64,000 bases of DNA from Phoronis australis (Eukaryota; Animalia; Phoronida), in NCBI GenBank assembly GCA_002633005.1, contig NMRA01000607.1, forward strand, positions 62,001 through 126,000, in the 5' to 3' direction. The notes beneath the pieces were generated by a model that saw only the letters and a program-made list of their open reading frames with translations, ran no database searches and was not told the origin of the DNA. Within the stretch, counting starts at the first letter, position 1. Every line of letters starts with the position of its first letter. This document shows, piece by piece, positions 1-14,400 of this stretch. The translations under genes were made by a program, and so were the position numbers.

Positions 1-162
1 AATTTTGAATCCTAATCAAAGATCTTGATTATAATTGGAATTTTGATTGTTGGGTAAGGCATCCCCTCTCTGTGACATGGAGTTGGCCCGTCATCCAAAT
101 TGGGTGGTCTTTCATAAATGTTTGTTACGCTTGCCAATTTTTCACATTTTTTCAAATCCTAG

Positions 163-3100
163 GCTCCCGGCAACCATGAGCTTATTGTCGATTACTGGGA
201 GCTGGTGGGTGTGGCCCCTGCAGGTGGCGCTGACAACCTGCTCAACGAGGAAGCTCACGTAGATGTGCAACTGGACAACCGTCACATGATGATCCGAGGC
301 GAGAACGTAGGTGACAGGAGGTGCTAAAGGGCAGGGCTCAACAGTGAGGCTAGCCGGGGTGTTCACCATATTGTAAAAAGATTTGGATTGCTGTATGAAT
401 GGGACGGGCAGTTTAAATGTCACTAGGTGTCAGTAGCGATATTACACTCTTTCCGAGTGATTACCCATGTACACCTCTGTAATGATCACGAGTTTTTTGT
501 GCTTGAAAAGAAATGCAACTATTATAATTGTTGTTAACTTTTCTGTAATACTTATCCCTGGTTATCTTGGCGTGACATTTTAGCACGTTAAAACCAGTTC
601 TGCCGGCGTGTTGTTCTCAGATCAGCAGAATGACATTCAAATGGACCATTATAAGTCCCATGTTTTGGTTTAACATTCATGCCCATCTAGCAAACACGAA
701 TGACTGAGACATGGATTTTGTTCAATGGTGATCAGGACGTTGTGTTTGCTCATTGGAAGTGAATAAGAAACCAATTTGCAGGTCATTGATTTAAGGAATA
801 ATGTCTTCAAGTTAGCCAGAAATCTGCACTTTTAGTAACAGTAACAGGATAATTGATTAGGTGCATTCCCCTTTATCCCATTCAGATAATGAAAGGGGAA
901 TGATATGTAGTGAATATGGAGTGTCTGTGGTCTGAAACTTATATCATTGATACCTACCTGTTTTCTTGCTGTTTACTTGTCTTCTTTACATTGTTCGTCG
1001 TCGCTGTGTGCTGAATTTGAATTGGTGCTCTCTAACAATTTTATTGTCACGATAGATCTTTGGGTTATTCATTTCTATTTCCAGACATCCAAGATCTTAA
1101 AGCTGCGCTCCGTAGTAATGCAATGTTTCAGAGAACACTACTTTAGCAGAGGTTACTTTGAGGTGAGCAGTCAACTGGTCAGTTAGTTCACTGTCCACTC
1201 TGGGCATCGGCTGGAAGTCAACTATGAATAATGAGTCCTTGTCAGGTGTTGAAGTGATGACTTCCACAGACAGGCGCAGTATTTTTTTTGTACGCGGACT
1301 ATACTTTTGGTCCTTTGAAATTCTGGTGTAGCTTTATGACATGATGTGTAACAGAAAAAAATGCCAGGTTTTGGATCACGTAGACATTTTTTCTTCGAAA
1401 TTTTTAACTGGTCCACCCTTTACAACATACTGGATCCTTCAGTGTTGCACAGCGCCATGTTTAGATTTCGGGCTTTGGGAAAAACGTTTTTATGACGTGA
1501 TCTTATTCAATTTCTGTTCTCCTCATGGTTTTCAGAAGATACAAAATGTGAACACAAAGTGCATTATTTTGAAACTAATAGATATCTTAAAGTAACTCTG
1601 AACACTTACTTTGCTGGTCTCAGTTGTGATGGTTATCATTTTGTCCACCAGGTGACACCGCCAACGCTAGTGCAGACACAGTGTGAAGGAGGGTCTACTT
1701 TATTCAAGTTTGATTATTTCGGTGAGCAGGCTTACCTGACTCAGTCTTCCCAGCTCTATCTAGAGACAGTCATACCAACACTGGGGGATGTCTTCTGTAT
1801 CGCCGAGTCGTACCGCGCCGAGCAGTCACGCACACGTAGACATCTAGCAGAGTAGGTGTTGGGTGTCTTGTGAAGGAACCGTTTAAATTGTCTTCTTACT
1901 ATTTATGCTGAAAATAATACTGCTGCATAGAACCTGCAAAGCATCTAAGACAGTTGATAGACGTCAGTGCCATTATCCTATAGAGGCGATCATTATACTT
2001 GCTATGTGAAACAAACTGCTGAATATAAGTGGTGCCAGCTATGTCACTTACTAAAATGTTGTATCCATTGAGGTCAAGGTCATCTAATTAGCATATTGTT
2101 AGATACTGTTTGTAGGTGTTCTAATTTGAGAGTTGGTGTTTTTGACATAGAATTTATGGTTTTGAGCACTTGAAAACGCTTCCATCATATTCACTACCTT
2201 GCTAAAAACTGAAGTTGAGACTGACTTCCCATTTTTGTCACTAGTCAAATTACTAAGTAATGTGTGCGTGTGTGTGTTTGTTTGCGTATCTTTTCACCTG
2301 AGTATGTAATCATCTCTTAATTCCCAGGTACACCCACATAGAGGGTGAGTGCCCGTTCATCACATTTGACGATCTACTCGACCGACTGGAGGACCTCGTA
2401 TGTGACGTCGTCGACAGAGTTCTCAAGTCACCATTCGCCTCACTTTTATATGATGTCAACCCAGTAAGCTAAATGTTGTTCTGAATCTCGTGAAATATAT
2501 TTATCTTCATTCTGCATAATCATTTGTCTTGAAATTTGCTGCAGCTTGATAATTTTGGAGAGCTTCTCGCATCGTTGGCACTTCAGCGTTTTCATTGACC
2601 AACTGTGATTCTTTAACGTGGGTCAACGGGTCCATTAAAATTGTCGTGATTATGTTGTGACTCCTTTGGGATTCTAACATAATGACACTGAAGAGTAGCC
2701 TGTCAAAACTGAAGTCAAAGGCCGTAACAGCATTGTTAGTGATACATGGTCTGGCAGATTGAAGCTGTGGGTTTCTGTTTGTAATTCAAACGGTTAGCAA
2801 CAGATCAATAACCAATCACTTCTTGCATAACGTGGTGAGGTAGCAGATGAAATCAATGTCGTGAAAATGTTCCCCCACCAAAAATGGAATCGAGCATTGA
2901 AACTAAATGTTTATGTGACTCGTAGTTTCTGCAAATTGGCACGTAGATTTGAGACACTGTCAGTGAAATTTTTTGAAATGCTTTTTACCTTGAAAAACTC
3001 CCATTTTAATCTTAAGCATTTTACAGCATTCATAACTTTTAACCTCCTTTGTCAATGACTGATCTTAACGTTTGATTGTCCTTGTAGGACTTTAAGCCTC

Positions 3101-6100
3101 CAAAGCGACCATTTAGACGTATGAACTACGGTGACGCCATCAAGTATCTTAAAGAGAATGATATACGGAAGGATGATGGCACCTTTTATGAATACGGAGA
3201 GGTAAGTGTCCAGGAAGCAGGGCTTGGAATTTTCCGCGGAAACGCGGATTTCCGCTTTTTTCAAATGTTCTTTCCGCGTATTTTATTATGTTTCCGCGTA
3301 AAAAAATCGGATTTCATATAAAATGTTCGCGGCAAATTTCTTTCTTACCGCCGTGTTGCCGACGACTTTCACCTCGAAAAGCGGAAGTTGCTCTTTATGT
3401 TTCGGAGGAACGTAAATTGTCAACATTGCCGGGGCATCTGGGAAAAGCGTGGTGGATTTCCTCAATGGCAGCTCGTATGATTGTAAACCGCGGTGTCAAA
3501 TACTACGACTATGGAGCCAAAAATGTTTGGAGGCGGGAGTGGCGGACGAGCTAAGACAGACGCAGACGCACGCTTCCGGAGGTGGTACCGTTTTTTTTTT
3601 TCTAGTCCTCTCGATTCCTGTCTGCAAAAGGTCCACACCGACTTTTGCAAGGCCGGCTGCGCACATGTTTCGGGCCGTAAAAATTTCCGCGTTTTTCGCC
3701 ATTTGTCATTCCAAGCCCTGAGGAAGTATTGAGGTCACGTGTGGCTGTTGTGTTAAGGTCATGTGTGGTTGTAGTGTTCTCACCAGAATTAAAGTTGAGC
3801 AGAATGCTGTGTTCAACTCAAACGAGGAGTCCTCCCATATTCTGTGGGGTTATTTTTGTGAATAATTAGATCATAGCTGGGTAATGGGTAATAATTTTAT
3901 AAAGGTGGCAAGATTGAGACTAGTGGTGACTAGATCATAGGTGGGTAATAATTTTATCGAAATGGCAAGATTTAGACTTGTGGGGACTAGATTGAGTGGC
4001 GACTCAACATTCTACAAGATGAAACCACTTAGCTCTGTATAGTTACGAATGATTGACAATCATTCAAAATGGAGCATGGTGGCTCAAAATTTGAGCTCCG
4101 TGGCAGCTGGGAGGAACAATTGTATGGTACTATTCATGACTATTTTTACCTAGGATATCCCCGAAGCGCCAGAGAGGAAGATGACTGATAAGATCAACGA
4201 GCCCATCTTCCTGTGTCGGTTCCCTGTGGAGATCAAATCTTTTTACATGATGAGATGCAAGGAGAACAAGCGAGAAACAGAATCAGTAAGTGAAGTTTAC
4301 TTTACCCAATGTGTTACCTGACTAAACTGAAGAACCTGTCGTGCGTTCAATAGATGCTAGGATCTACGCTTGGACCTAGCTAAAATCTAGTCAAAGTCAC
4401 GTGTTTTCATTTAAAATACACGGCAATATCTCACGTAATCTCGCGAAGTCTTGCTTTTTAGCGAGGTCCTAGCGGCTGGTCTTGAGAATGGTTTAGTGAT
4501 AATAAATTGAAACGTCGACTAACACAATGTCTCACTTTATGTATGCACTGGTTTTATAGTTCGTACTGAAATAAGTAAATAAATTTCTGAATTCATATAA
4601 AGGAATGAATGACTCAGACGTCAAATCAAAATGATACATTGATTTCGTGTCATACTCAAAGAGCATCATGTTGGAGTAAGTTTTGACAAAGTTATTTTCA
4701 AACGATGTTTGTTCATTTCAAAGTGAATGATTCATGTCATGTGCTTCTGCATGATTGGCATTCTTTCCAAAGTACAGTTGATGCAATGTAAATTTCTTTG
4801 AGAATTTCAAAGTTTCATATACTTGGTGTTGCACCAACACAATGGGTGCTGGTGTTGACACAGAGTGTAAATACATATTGCAGTGCTAGCGTTGTCACTG
4901 AATGTAAATAGTTATTGCAGCGCCAGTGTTGACACTGATTGTAAATGCATATTGCAGTGCTGTTTTATTGATACGCTTCGACTGGTGAAACTCTTTTTCC
5001 ACGTTCTAGCTGATGAAATCCAAGAAAAGTGGTATCTCTAATAAAACAAAAGAATCAATTATGAGTATTTATGTCCCACCCAAAACCCGTAGAGACAGTG
5101 TGGTGTAAAACTTCTTTTATAGCAGTTGAGACTACATTCTGAACTTTGATAGAAACAAAGCGTGCAAGGACATTTCGTTCTTTCCTTTTTGTTTCATTTC
5201 TGACTCTCTCTCCAATAGGTGGATCTGCTGTTGCCAGGAGTCGGTGAGATCATTGGAGGATCAATGAGGATATGGGATTACGAGGAGTTGATGGAGGGTT
5301 ATAAACGTGAGGGCATTGACCCCACCCCCTACTACTGGTATACCGATCAGGTATGAGATTGGCTCATCATTTTGAAAATCTGCAGTGTGTACTTTGAATC
5401 CAGAGTGTGGTTTAAGGCAGTGCTGTAGTGGGGCGTAGTGCACAGCCAACCACCATTTTGCTTTTTAACATAATTCCTACCCACCGTAAGTTACGGTATA
5501 GTGCAGTCAACCACCTTTTTACATTTTATCATCACAACCACCTTTTTAAATTTTAACGTAGCGTCTCGGTGCCGTAAGTGACGGTATAGTTGTGCTGATG
5601 ACAGCATTATTGCCGAAAATTTCGGCACGGGACCACCAGGCATACATGTATGCTGGAATTTTTATTTCCATTTTGAGATAAAGAAATAATGATGTCCCAC
5701 CATAATGGGGTGGACAAGGGGGGCGGGGGGGGGTGAAGGGCCCCGAGGACACACCCGACAGGTGACCAAAGAAAAATTGCTCTTATTTTCCTTTATAATT
5801 GTGCTTGGGTCCATTCAGAGACCGCTTGGAATGCAGCATGGACCTTTGCCTTTGAATATGTGTGGTTGGATCCTCTTTCTCAGACATCAAAGATAGGCCA
5901 CTTGGGCAGAATCTATGTAAATACCCCGCACTCGTGAGTCAAAAAGTAGGCCTGGCCTACATGTTTGTGAGTCAGGTTTTGCGAGTTCAATGTACTTTAA
6001 AAATTCAGTGCTCAAGGCAATATGGTGGACTTTGGATGCCTACTTACCTGTAACTTTACCTCTATAGCACTGGTTCAAGGGCTCCACCCCTCCTGGTCAA

Positions 6101-6516
6101 CATCTTTTGCATTTTGGTTTGGAGGACCGTCTTCTTGGGAATGATTTGAGATGCCTACCTTGGTTTAGTCACTTTTTTTCTTATTGGATTAGTTTAGTTG
6201 TTTTATGTCCTTTATCCTAGTTTGTTTAAGTCATACTTGAAATTTTTGTCTTGTTGAGCTTGTCTGGCAATTGTTTAAATCGGTTTAATTCCTAATTTTT
6301 GTTGAACTAATTATAACTAAGACTTATTTGTCTTGTGGTCTATTTTGGGCATTGGTATAAATCAACTTCTCTTGGTTGTTTCAGAGAAAGTATGGTTCGT
6401 GTCCGCATGGTGGTTATGGTCTCGGTTTGGAACGATTTTTGACGTGGCTCACCAACCGCATGCACATCCGAGATGTCTGCCTGTACCCACGCTTCATCGA
6501 GCGTTGCTCACCATGA
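163..6516 (+). CDS. NARS1: Cytosolic asparagine--tRNA ligase, 3' part (8 exons; 5' exons lie before the window)
   Basis: GT-AG exons join in phase: 163-306 ([16 protein letters not shown]...RHMMIRGEN), 1085-1162, 1652-1851 ([18 protein letters not shown]...[11 protein letters not shown]...[14 protein letters not shown], class II motif 2), 2328-2463, 3088-3201, 4154-4285, 5219-5350 ([17 protein letters not shown]), 6385-6516 ([12 protein letters not shown] motif 3, ...[10 protein letters not shown]). Closely matches metazoan AsnRS as I recall it. Confidence 0.97.
3218..3720. mobile_element. Non-autonomous hAT-like DNA transposon in a NARS1 intron
   Basis: Perfect 13-bp TIRs CAGGGCTTGGAAT / ATTCCAAGCCCTG, AGGAAG directly flanking both ends (3212-3217, 3721-3726), repeated subterminal TTTCCGCG motifs, no transposase. 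Confidence 0.8.
4344..4474 (-). mobile_element. MITE family A, copy 1
   Basis: Reverse-complement match to 20836-20988 and 53850-54000 (core GCTAAAAAGCAAGACTTCGCGAGATTACGTGAG). Confidence 0.8.
4852..4961. repeat. Degenerate ~37-bp tandem repeat, 3 copies
   Basis: Unit approximately GTGTTGACACTGAxTGTAAATxxxTATTGCAGTGC. Confidence 0.7.
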
Positions 6517-6850
6517 GGAGATAACTCCTAGCTACGCTGGTTGACTGCAGGTGGCGCTCTCTGTCACTTCAAGTGTGTAAAATGTAATGGAAGGAGGTGT
6601 TCAACTTTAATGCGTAAAAAATCGAAAAATTCAGTAGAAATATTAAAATTGACCTGTTGTGCATTGCCAAGTTCATTTTTTTCTGTGAGAAAAGTGAATT
6701 TGTCATGAAAAAACATGTAACCAACCTTAAATGTATACAATACAGTGCTGTATTAAATTATGTTTTGTTTTTTCTTCACTGTGCTGAGTTGTACCTTATT
6801 TACGTGATCAAGATTTGTGTTTAAATTTAATTTGGGTTTCTGTGACTTAA

Positions 6851-6856
6851 AATAAA
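6851..6856 (+). terminator. Candidate polyadenylation signal of NARS1
   Basis: AATAAA about 335 nt after the NARS1 stop in AT-rich 3'UTR-like sequence. Confidence 0.4.
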
Positions 6857-8353
6857 GTGAGGCATTTATATCCGTGTCTCATTTTAAGGAAACTCAGCGA
6901 TTAGAAAACTATGGTTAACTTTTTTTGACTAGTTCATTACAGAAGTGTAAAACTTCATTTGTCATATTGGTGAACTGTCTGCTGTCCAACAGGTGGAGAT
7001 GTTATCACACACAGGTGTTGATACAGTCACGTGGTATAGGACTTATGACACTAAAGAACTACTTTTCCAGCCCTAAGGCTAATAACCTGTACCAGCCCGT
7101 GGGCTGATAAGTACCGTTATTCCCCGTTGAAGTCTAGGCAGATTTACTAATACAGTACATTAGCTACTGCAGTCTAATAAACCAAGAGGTATTTAAGCAT
7201 TCACAAATTCTCACTACAATGTGATGGTGTTCTAAACAAATGCAAAACGAAATACTGAAGAACAGCAAAAAGAAAGAAAACTCAAAAGTATACCAATAGA
7301 CACTGGTTTACTCTATACTTTGATAAAAATTGACAACTGATGAAAAAATAATGTGAAAAAACATAAAAATAATGTACTTCATACACTTTAGACTTCGACG
7401 GCCCTGACATCTATTGATTACTAAGGAAGGTATATTGCTATGGGAAACATAATTCCTCCGGCAACGCCGATTAATTCAAAGAATATTTTACACAGAATTG
7501 AAAGATTTAGTATCGACGCCTCATTCATCACCGACAGATTTGGCGAATGCCCACATGTATGTGAGCAACTTACCGGTATGTTATATAACGCAGGTGATTG
7601 CAACTGTGGCTTGTTATATCTCAAATTGTGATATAATAACCCACAGTTTAATTGACCTACGATATATATCATATATTTAGCGAAATAAAGGAAGGGAAAT
7701 GTATTAGGCCATTTTTTATTTAAAAATGCGCCTGTACCTGCCTACGAAAAAAATCAGCAGTCTTAAATCGTCACAGATAATGTATTTGAAGCAACTCAAG
7801 TCGATGTAATGAAAGATGAATAATAAAATATTCACCAGGTGGCACCAATGACTAAAGGCTCCAGTTAAGTTGAACTCGACCTACATGTACGTGTAGGCTT
7901 AATGGTCAAAGGTATTTAGGATTATATCGGGGCCGTGCGGCACTGCTATCATTTTTCAAGTGTCTTGTGACGGGACCGTTGTCGGCTTGGAAAGGTCAGG
8001 CGACCACAGATAGCTGGTTCGGAATTTTCACACCAAGCAATTTCAAAAGCAAGTGACACGTGGATTCTAGCTATAATATGAAACTGGGCCTATAAATAGA
8101 GTATAGCTTCGGAAGTGGGAAAACCTACTACACGCTTTCTGGAGTAATCAAGAAGTGGGTTACGGATGATAAAATGTTACCGTTGTATCGTTATTCTGAT
8201 CACTTTCTCGAAGCAGGTGTCTGCTTTCGGCAGCCACATGGCATAGAACGTCACCTATTGGCGTGTCTCTACGTCGGTGAACATATCGCCATTGATGAAA
8301 GGTGTTCCATAAATTAACGAATGGCGTGCATGCGTGTCTCTAGCATACACCGG

Positions 8354-8608
8354 GGGCCCGTTCCAAGAAAGTGACTGAAGTTCATTTTTGACTTTAGTCT
8401 AAGATTTGTCTAAACTTCCAAACTTTGAAAGTTCCACATCCGGTAAGATAGTCAAAATAATGACAAATAAGTATCAAAACCCTAAATCAAACATACGATC
8501 TTATTCTTAAAACGGGTCTTGAGACAAACCTGAATTTAATTATAATCCTATAATTTACTAAAATTTTGATATTCGTCTTAGCTAAGTCAGCTTTGTTGGA
8601 ACGGGTCC
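8354..8608. mobile_element. MITE family B (PIF/Harbinger-like), copy 1
   Basis: TIR GGGCCCGTTCCAAGAAAG ... CTTTGTTGGAACGGGTCC; interior is homologous, in the opposite orientation, to the copies at 16992 and 33490. Confidence 0.75.
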
Positions 8609-10368
8609 CTGTTTTAAGTCGACGGCATACTTTTCTTAGCAACAAAAGCCGAAGAACTTAATACAAGAAAATTATGTATGTTAAATAGATTCTCGCTTAC
8701 ACTGCTCTAACGGGCAAGATGGAGTCGGGGGCAATGAGAAAAAATTGTATATACCTCATTGGTCGGGGGTCTCTCAGATTCTGACCACAAAATTCCCTGT
8801 CATTTCATTTTTGAGGTTTGAAAACCAATGTATGAATTGACCTCAGTGATAGTCAGTAATGTACAAAAATAACAGATAATTTTCGGACCTGTAAGCTAGC
8901 TTTTGATTTGCGTTTCAGTGGGTGAGATTTCAACTTTAACGTGATCAGATGACGGGTGCCTCCAGAACCTTAGGTCACTTAGACGTTCATTGATACTCTA
9001 TGTTTTAAATCGCTACAGTTTTAGGCTCCCTTCTAGTTTTTATTGTTGTAAAATGGTTGCGTAGCTGTACTCGCACCAAAAGCATGTTGTAACAGACATG
9101 TGCTTTGAATTGTGCCGCACGTAAATGGTCAAGTGATTTGCTACGTCATGTTGTTTACACGTCACCAAGATATCCGTGACTGGGTGTCGACAAAAAACAA
9201 CGGCAGCACCGTAGATGAAATCCCTCGAGTTATAGTGTGCCGCATTACTGATCCTGAAAATTTACGCAGTTTAGAGAATTTGGGAAGACAACAACTGTTC
9301 TATGGCTGAAGATGACCCAAACCTATGTGACCAAATGGCGGTATTTCTGAATGGTAACAGCCTGCATTATGCTTTAGAAAACGAGCACAAGCGAGCTAAT
9401 TGTTTATGTAAAATAATGTGATTTGTGATGTTCCTACTCGTACAACAATAAAAACTTAAAAATGCCAAGCCAAAGAAAAAAAAAAACCCTGAAGGATGCC
9501 ATTTCTAAACCACCGGCAAGCACCGTGTGTAATTGAAGTGAAGGCCCAAATAGTGGACGGTTGCATGATACAGTCTCATATAGTGACTCAACTAAGTTCC
9601 CTAAATCTTTTTCGTAATTGTTTCATTCTTTAGGCACAGATGTAATATTTTTTCTATGATTTTATCTTTATTATGAGCTCTTTTTTGACTAATGACATTT
9701 TTTAATAATATAACTAAACACTGAGCCTTTAATTCAATCAAAATAATTAGGAACTTACTCCTTAAATTGGGGGCGTTGCATGAAAAGATCCCTACTTAGT
9801 TTCAATAATATTGAGAATTCAATACAGAGTTCATGCTCGATTTGTATCAGAGCCAAAAACTGACATAGTAAAGATACTCAAGCAGCATAAGATAGGACAA
9901 TCATTTTTTTCACAAGTCTGCAAAACGCAGTAGATTTAGGGAACCTAGCCGATTACCTATTTGGGACTGTTTCGTGTAATGGGCACAGCTTCCAAGGCCT
10001 GGAGGTCTACTTCCTTTTCTCAAACCCCATTCGAAAATCGCCAAAGCACGACTCCTCGAGTAGTTCTATTCAAATCATGCAGAATGATATTTGTTATGTT
10101 TCCAGTATGAGTCGAGTCTGCCAAGTTCGGAGATTAGACTCTGGTCCATATGTATATGGTTATACTGCAGCGGTAGTTACGTCACCAAAGGGTTGGTAGA
10201 AAAGGAACACAAGTGTATCGCTTAATCACCTCATCGTTTAATTTTTCGTACTAAAATAAATATATTTTACAAAACATCCCCGATTAACAAGGAATACAAC
10301 ATGAGATTCAGTTCCTAAAAACAAGTGGTCTTGCTCATACGGGATAAATAACTTACAATAAATTAGCT

Positions 10369-10478
10369 TTCATGATATCAACACACCATATTCATGATAT
10401 CAACACACCATATTCATGATATCAACGCACCATATTCATGATATCAACGCACCATATTCATGATATCAACGCACCATA
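10369..10478. repeat. 22-bp minisatellite, 5 copies
   Basis: TTCATGATATCAAC(A/G)CACCATA head to tail. Confidence 0.95.
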
Positions 10479-11413
10479 TTTCATACTTCTGGGAACAAGA
10501 AATGACCAATGAAAGAACACGTTTGTAATGTAAAATAACGCACGCAGAAGAGTAATAACTCACACAGGTAATCAATAAATAACGTATCTACAAGTCGACA
10601 GGTAAATTAAACTAAAACACTTTGTATCAGGAGAAAACAATACCCCACGATAACCTTACATTACTTAATTCATTTCCGAACTGTACCTTAAAATACCAGA
10701 CACAGCCAAGGTATATCATAATTACACATATTAATTACACGGTAGAGGTCGGTAGAGGTCGGCTGATTTGACGTAAACAAGTCCGCTTAAACAACAACAA
10801 AAAGAAACTATTTATGTTTTATGCAGTCTGGCGATCTCTATTTTCCAGTTGGATACAAACCCGCCCGCCTAGCTGACAAAAGCTAATAGCCATTCAAAGG
10901 CAACGCGTGATGCCGTTAATAGACGAGAGGACACTCGAACACCCCATTCTTTGATAATGTTTGGAAGACGAACACACCCGATCTCTTTTTTAATGCTATT
11001 TGACAAAAGCTACTAAACCCAGCGTTGGATTTTGAAAAGTAAATTGCGAAATCATTCTCAGAGCCATGAGAAAAATTTCCTCGGTTTTATTGTTGAAACT
11101 GCGAATTAAATTTTTTATTGAGCGACAGTTTTAAGGCACAGGGCAAACTCAAAGCTCTGTGACTTGTACATGTACGCTAGTCTAAGCAAATTAAGCTATC
11201 ACCCTTGCATTGGTTTGCATTGCACGATCTAAACAACACGAGAACTGAACTCTTCACAGGTGCACTTCCGGAATGTCTTATACACCTAATAGTGACATCA
11301 TAGTGGGACTGGCACTCTACAAGAATCCCAAGCAGATCATTCGTATCACGTGATTATCACAGACAAATCTTCTTGCTTCCTATTTTGCTAATGCTATGCT
11401 TTATATTACACCT

Positions 11414-14400
11414 CTACCGCGTTCCTGCTTTGTACAACCGTTCTGGTTCGGATGAGCTATGGCGCTTTTGCAGACGGAGGTTCACTTGTAACTTTTTGCT
11501 GATGTCCACCGCACGGGGGCGCTTCGATGGCTCACGATGCCAACATCCCTTAATAAGGTTCTGAAAAGGGTGAAAAGGAAATCATAAATACATGTATCAG
11601 TCCATGGGCGGATCCAGGATTTTTAGTTAGGGGGGGGGAGGGCAGGGCAGAATATTAACCAGGATTTTGACCATTAGACATTCTCACCCCTGANAACTGT
11701 TTCACACTCGAATTCATTCATCCTGCACTCTCTCGTGCCTGAGAGTCCAAAGAAGTGCGTGGAGTCACGAGAGGGTGTTGATAGGAACAAAATGACATTT
11801 AATTAGAATAACCGTAATGTCCAATTCAGTATAGCGCTGCATGGAACCTGACATATTAATTTAGACATTGTCACGTGACTGAGTTATTACTGTATGGGGG
11901 CTTTAAGACTCGAGGCATGTCTTACGAAACTTGACCCAAAACAATTTTGCTGAGTTATGTCTTTCTCGTTTGGACAGCACTGTGCAACAAAACCCTTAAA
12001 ATTACCTTTTAAAAATCTTAATTAAACAATTAACAGGGAAATGCTCCGAAAATCTCAATATATTCACGCACTGTCAGATAAAAGGATCATGGGGACAACA
12101 CAGCACAATGCGTACCGTGTACAGCGGTGTACGGAAACAGTAGGTGGACTAGAAATATTTAAATCATGTAAGTGGGAAATTAGACCCTCAGGAGTTCTAT
12201 TACCAGATAATCACGCTGCTCAAATGAAAGCTGACATCGAGATAGTTAATAAGTCAAGAACACGATATAAAACCATTACCTACACAGACAGAATTGTCAG
12301 ATGAATACGGACATAAAGAAAATGCCCTTGTTTTGGTGATCCGTTTCAAACCAGTCCTTAAATTTTCGTGAGCGCAGGAAGTGAACACAAAATACCAATG
12401 ACGAACTACTTGTAATGTAATGAAAGGGCTGCTCGTATTCATTCTCACATCAACGAATTGGTTTCAACATTACAACCTTGTAAACTTACTTTAAGAAAAG
12501 TCGGACATGGTAGCGTGTCGACGTCACAGCCGGAATCCGCCGAATTTTTTTCCGGATACAGGCCGCCAAAGAGCTCGTACAGAACAGTGCCAAAAGCATA
12601 GATGTCGCTTTCTTTTGTAAATTTCTTCTCGGCGTCAGCTACTGACAACTCAGGGGCGACGTTCCACAACAGTTCGTCGTCCATAGAACAACCATCGTCT
12701 CTGTAAGACAAAAACATATAGTACAGATTTTAGTTATCCTAACGTGTATATCTGGCAATTGCGTTACTCACCTCACTAGCACTTCTGTGATACCGTTAGC
12801 ATTGGAGTTGTTTAAAGGATACTTAACCCAGGTTTAGTGATCTTATCCAAAAATAATTGGATCACGTGCTATTATATAATGATTACTTCTACGGGAAAGA
12901 AGAAAACATTGCTCAGCTGAAAACTGACTGCCTTCGCTATTTAGATTTGGTGGATCGAGACAAAGAACATTCTCCACCGAAGTGATAATCACGCTTGCCA
13001 TCATCAATTAGATTTTGTAAGAAATCAATTAACTTGAATCAAACTTTCTGTGGATGGAAAAAGTCTAAAGAGCATTTTTGTTTCAAAAATTCAAAGTTAA
13101 GTTGGCATCAATATCCAATAATAGGTCAATATCCAATAATAGGTCAATATCCAATAATAGGTCAAACTCGGGGTTTACCATTCTTTTAAAATGGGACGTT
13201 CTGGAACTAAATATATCCACGTAAAAGTTAACATTTCACAATCAGTGCCCGTCGTCATGTATTAGCGAGTGTTGTTTTACAAAGCAATATTGCACCAGTA
13301 ATAAAATATGCGATGAATTTTTTGAGTTTTATAGACTGTCATCCAAAAAAGAGAAAGTTTTGATTTCACTCTGTCGAATACATGTGGCTATAGGTCGAAC
13401 ATCATTACTATACCTTATGTTATTCAAACTGTATGACATCTCAACGTTTTCTACGCGGACGTGCTTTGCCTGCGAGCTAGCGTTTGTTTGAATTTCATGC
13501 TAGCTAACTAAATGGAAGCCGCTAGCTAGCTAGCATCAAATTCGTGCAAACGTGGCGTGTCATCAGTACTCGTAAATTATGTACGTGACATCGCCAACCG
13601 AAATCGCGAGAACTACTGACATCATGGAAGACAGCTGAAGAATGCATACCTTTCACAGTTTTCCGTCCATTGGTCGACCAGGCAGATTTTCACTTTAGTC
13701 TCCAAATGAATGTTGCCCGAGTTCAAGTACTCCAGTACGTAGCCTCTGTCATGGAGGTAGCCGAGGCCTTGGGCGATCTGACGGGCGATGAGCACTTTCT
13801 CCGTCAACGGGAGCTTGTCCTTCTTCAAATGGAGGCTCTCGTACAGGGATGGTCCCTTCTTGGCGCTCGTGATCACCGCGAGGTGGTCAACTTGAGGGCA
13901 CACCCCCATGAACAGGGACACGTTCTCGTGACGCAGCTTGCTCAGTTGATCCACCTTGCTCCAGAATCTGCACACGCCCTTTTCCGACATGTTCTTGTAC
14001 TTGTGGATCAAGACCTCCCCGTGCCATCGTCCCCTGTTGGCGTCAAGAGAAAGTACTATAGGACATTCTCTTATGCATTATTGGAAGCCAAATTTTTACC
14101 TAGCCTTGGTACAAAACTAATTTCGTACAGCTAACTGACTGGCAAGAAACTTAGACCTACCGAGTCACAAGTTATGTAGCTGGTTAGAGGATGGTTTGCC
14201 AGCAACAATATAAATGTTATGTTCACAGGAAGATTAAAGCCTATCTTCAACAGTAACACCTGAAAATTTGGTTCCTACAGTATGTTAAGAGTATCCCTCT
14301 GAGCCCACTATTGCTATAAATTGTCAAATGTAACGAACTGTTAGGCATATTGGCTTGCTTTTGTCTACGTCACCGCGAGAATCACCTTTTAATTCAAACA

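Noticed and set aside
142-423. 93-aa minus-strand ORF and 47-262 plus-strand ORF
   Set aside because: Antisense or off-frame shadows of NARS1 exon 163-306.
1250-1345. Intronic box C/D snoRNA in NARS1 (GTGATGA at ~1254)
   Set aside because: No suitably placed CTGA box D with a terminal stem, and no rRNA-complementary guide recognised.
3288-3732. Dense stack of overlapping short ORFs
   Set aside because: They lie inside the GC-richer non-autonomous transposon and show no transposase motifs.
10369-10478. CRISPR-like regular repeats (also 29911-30050 and 13108-13165)
   Set aside because: Units are head to tail with no unique spacers, there are no cas genes and the DNA is eukaryotic; these are minisatellites.
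13670-14134. 154-aa plus-strand ORF (also 15136-15417)
   Set aside because: Antisense shadows of pseudokinase exons.
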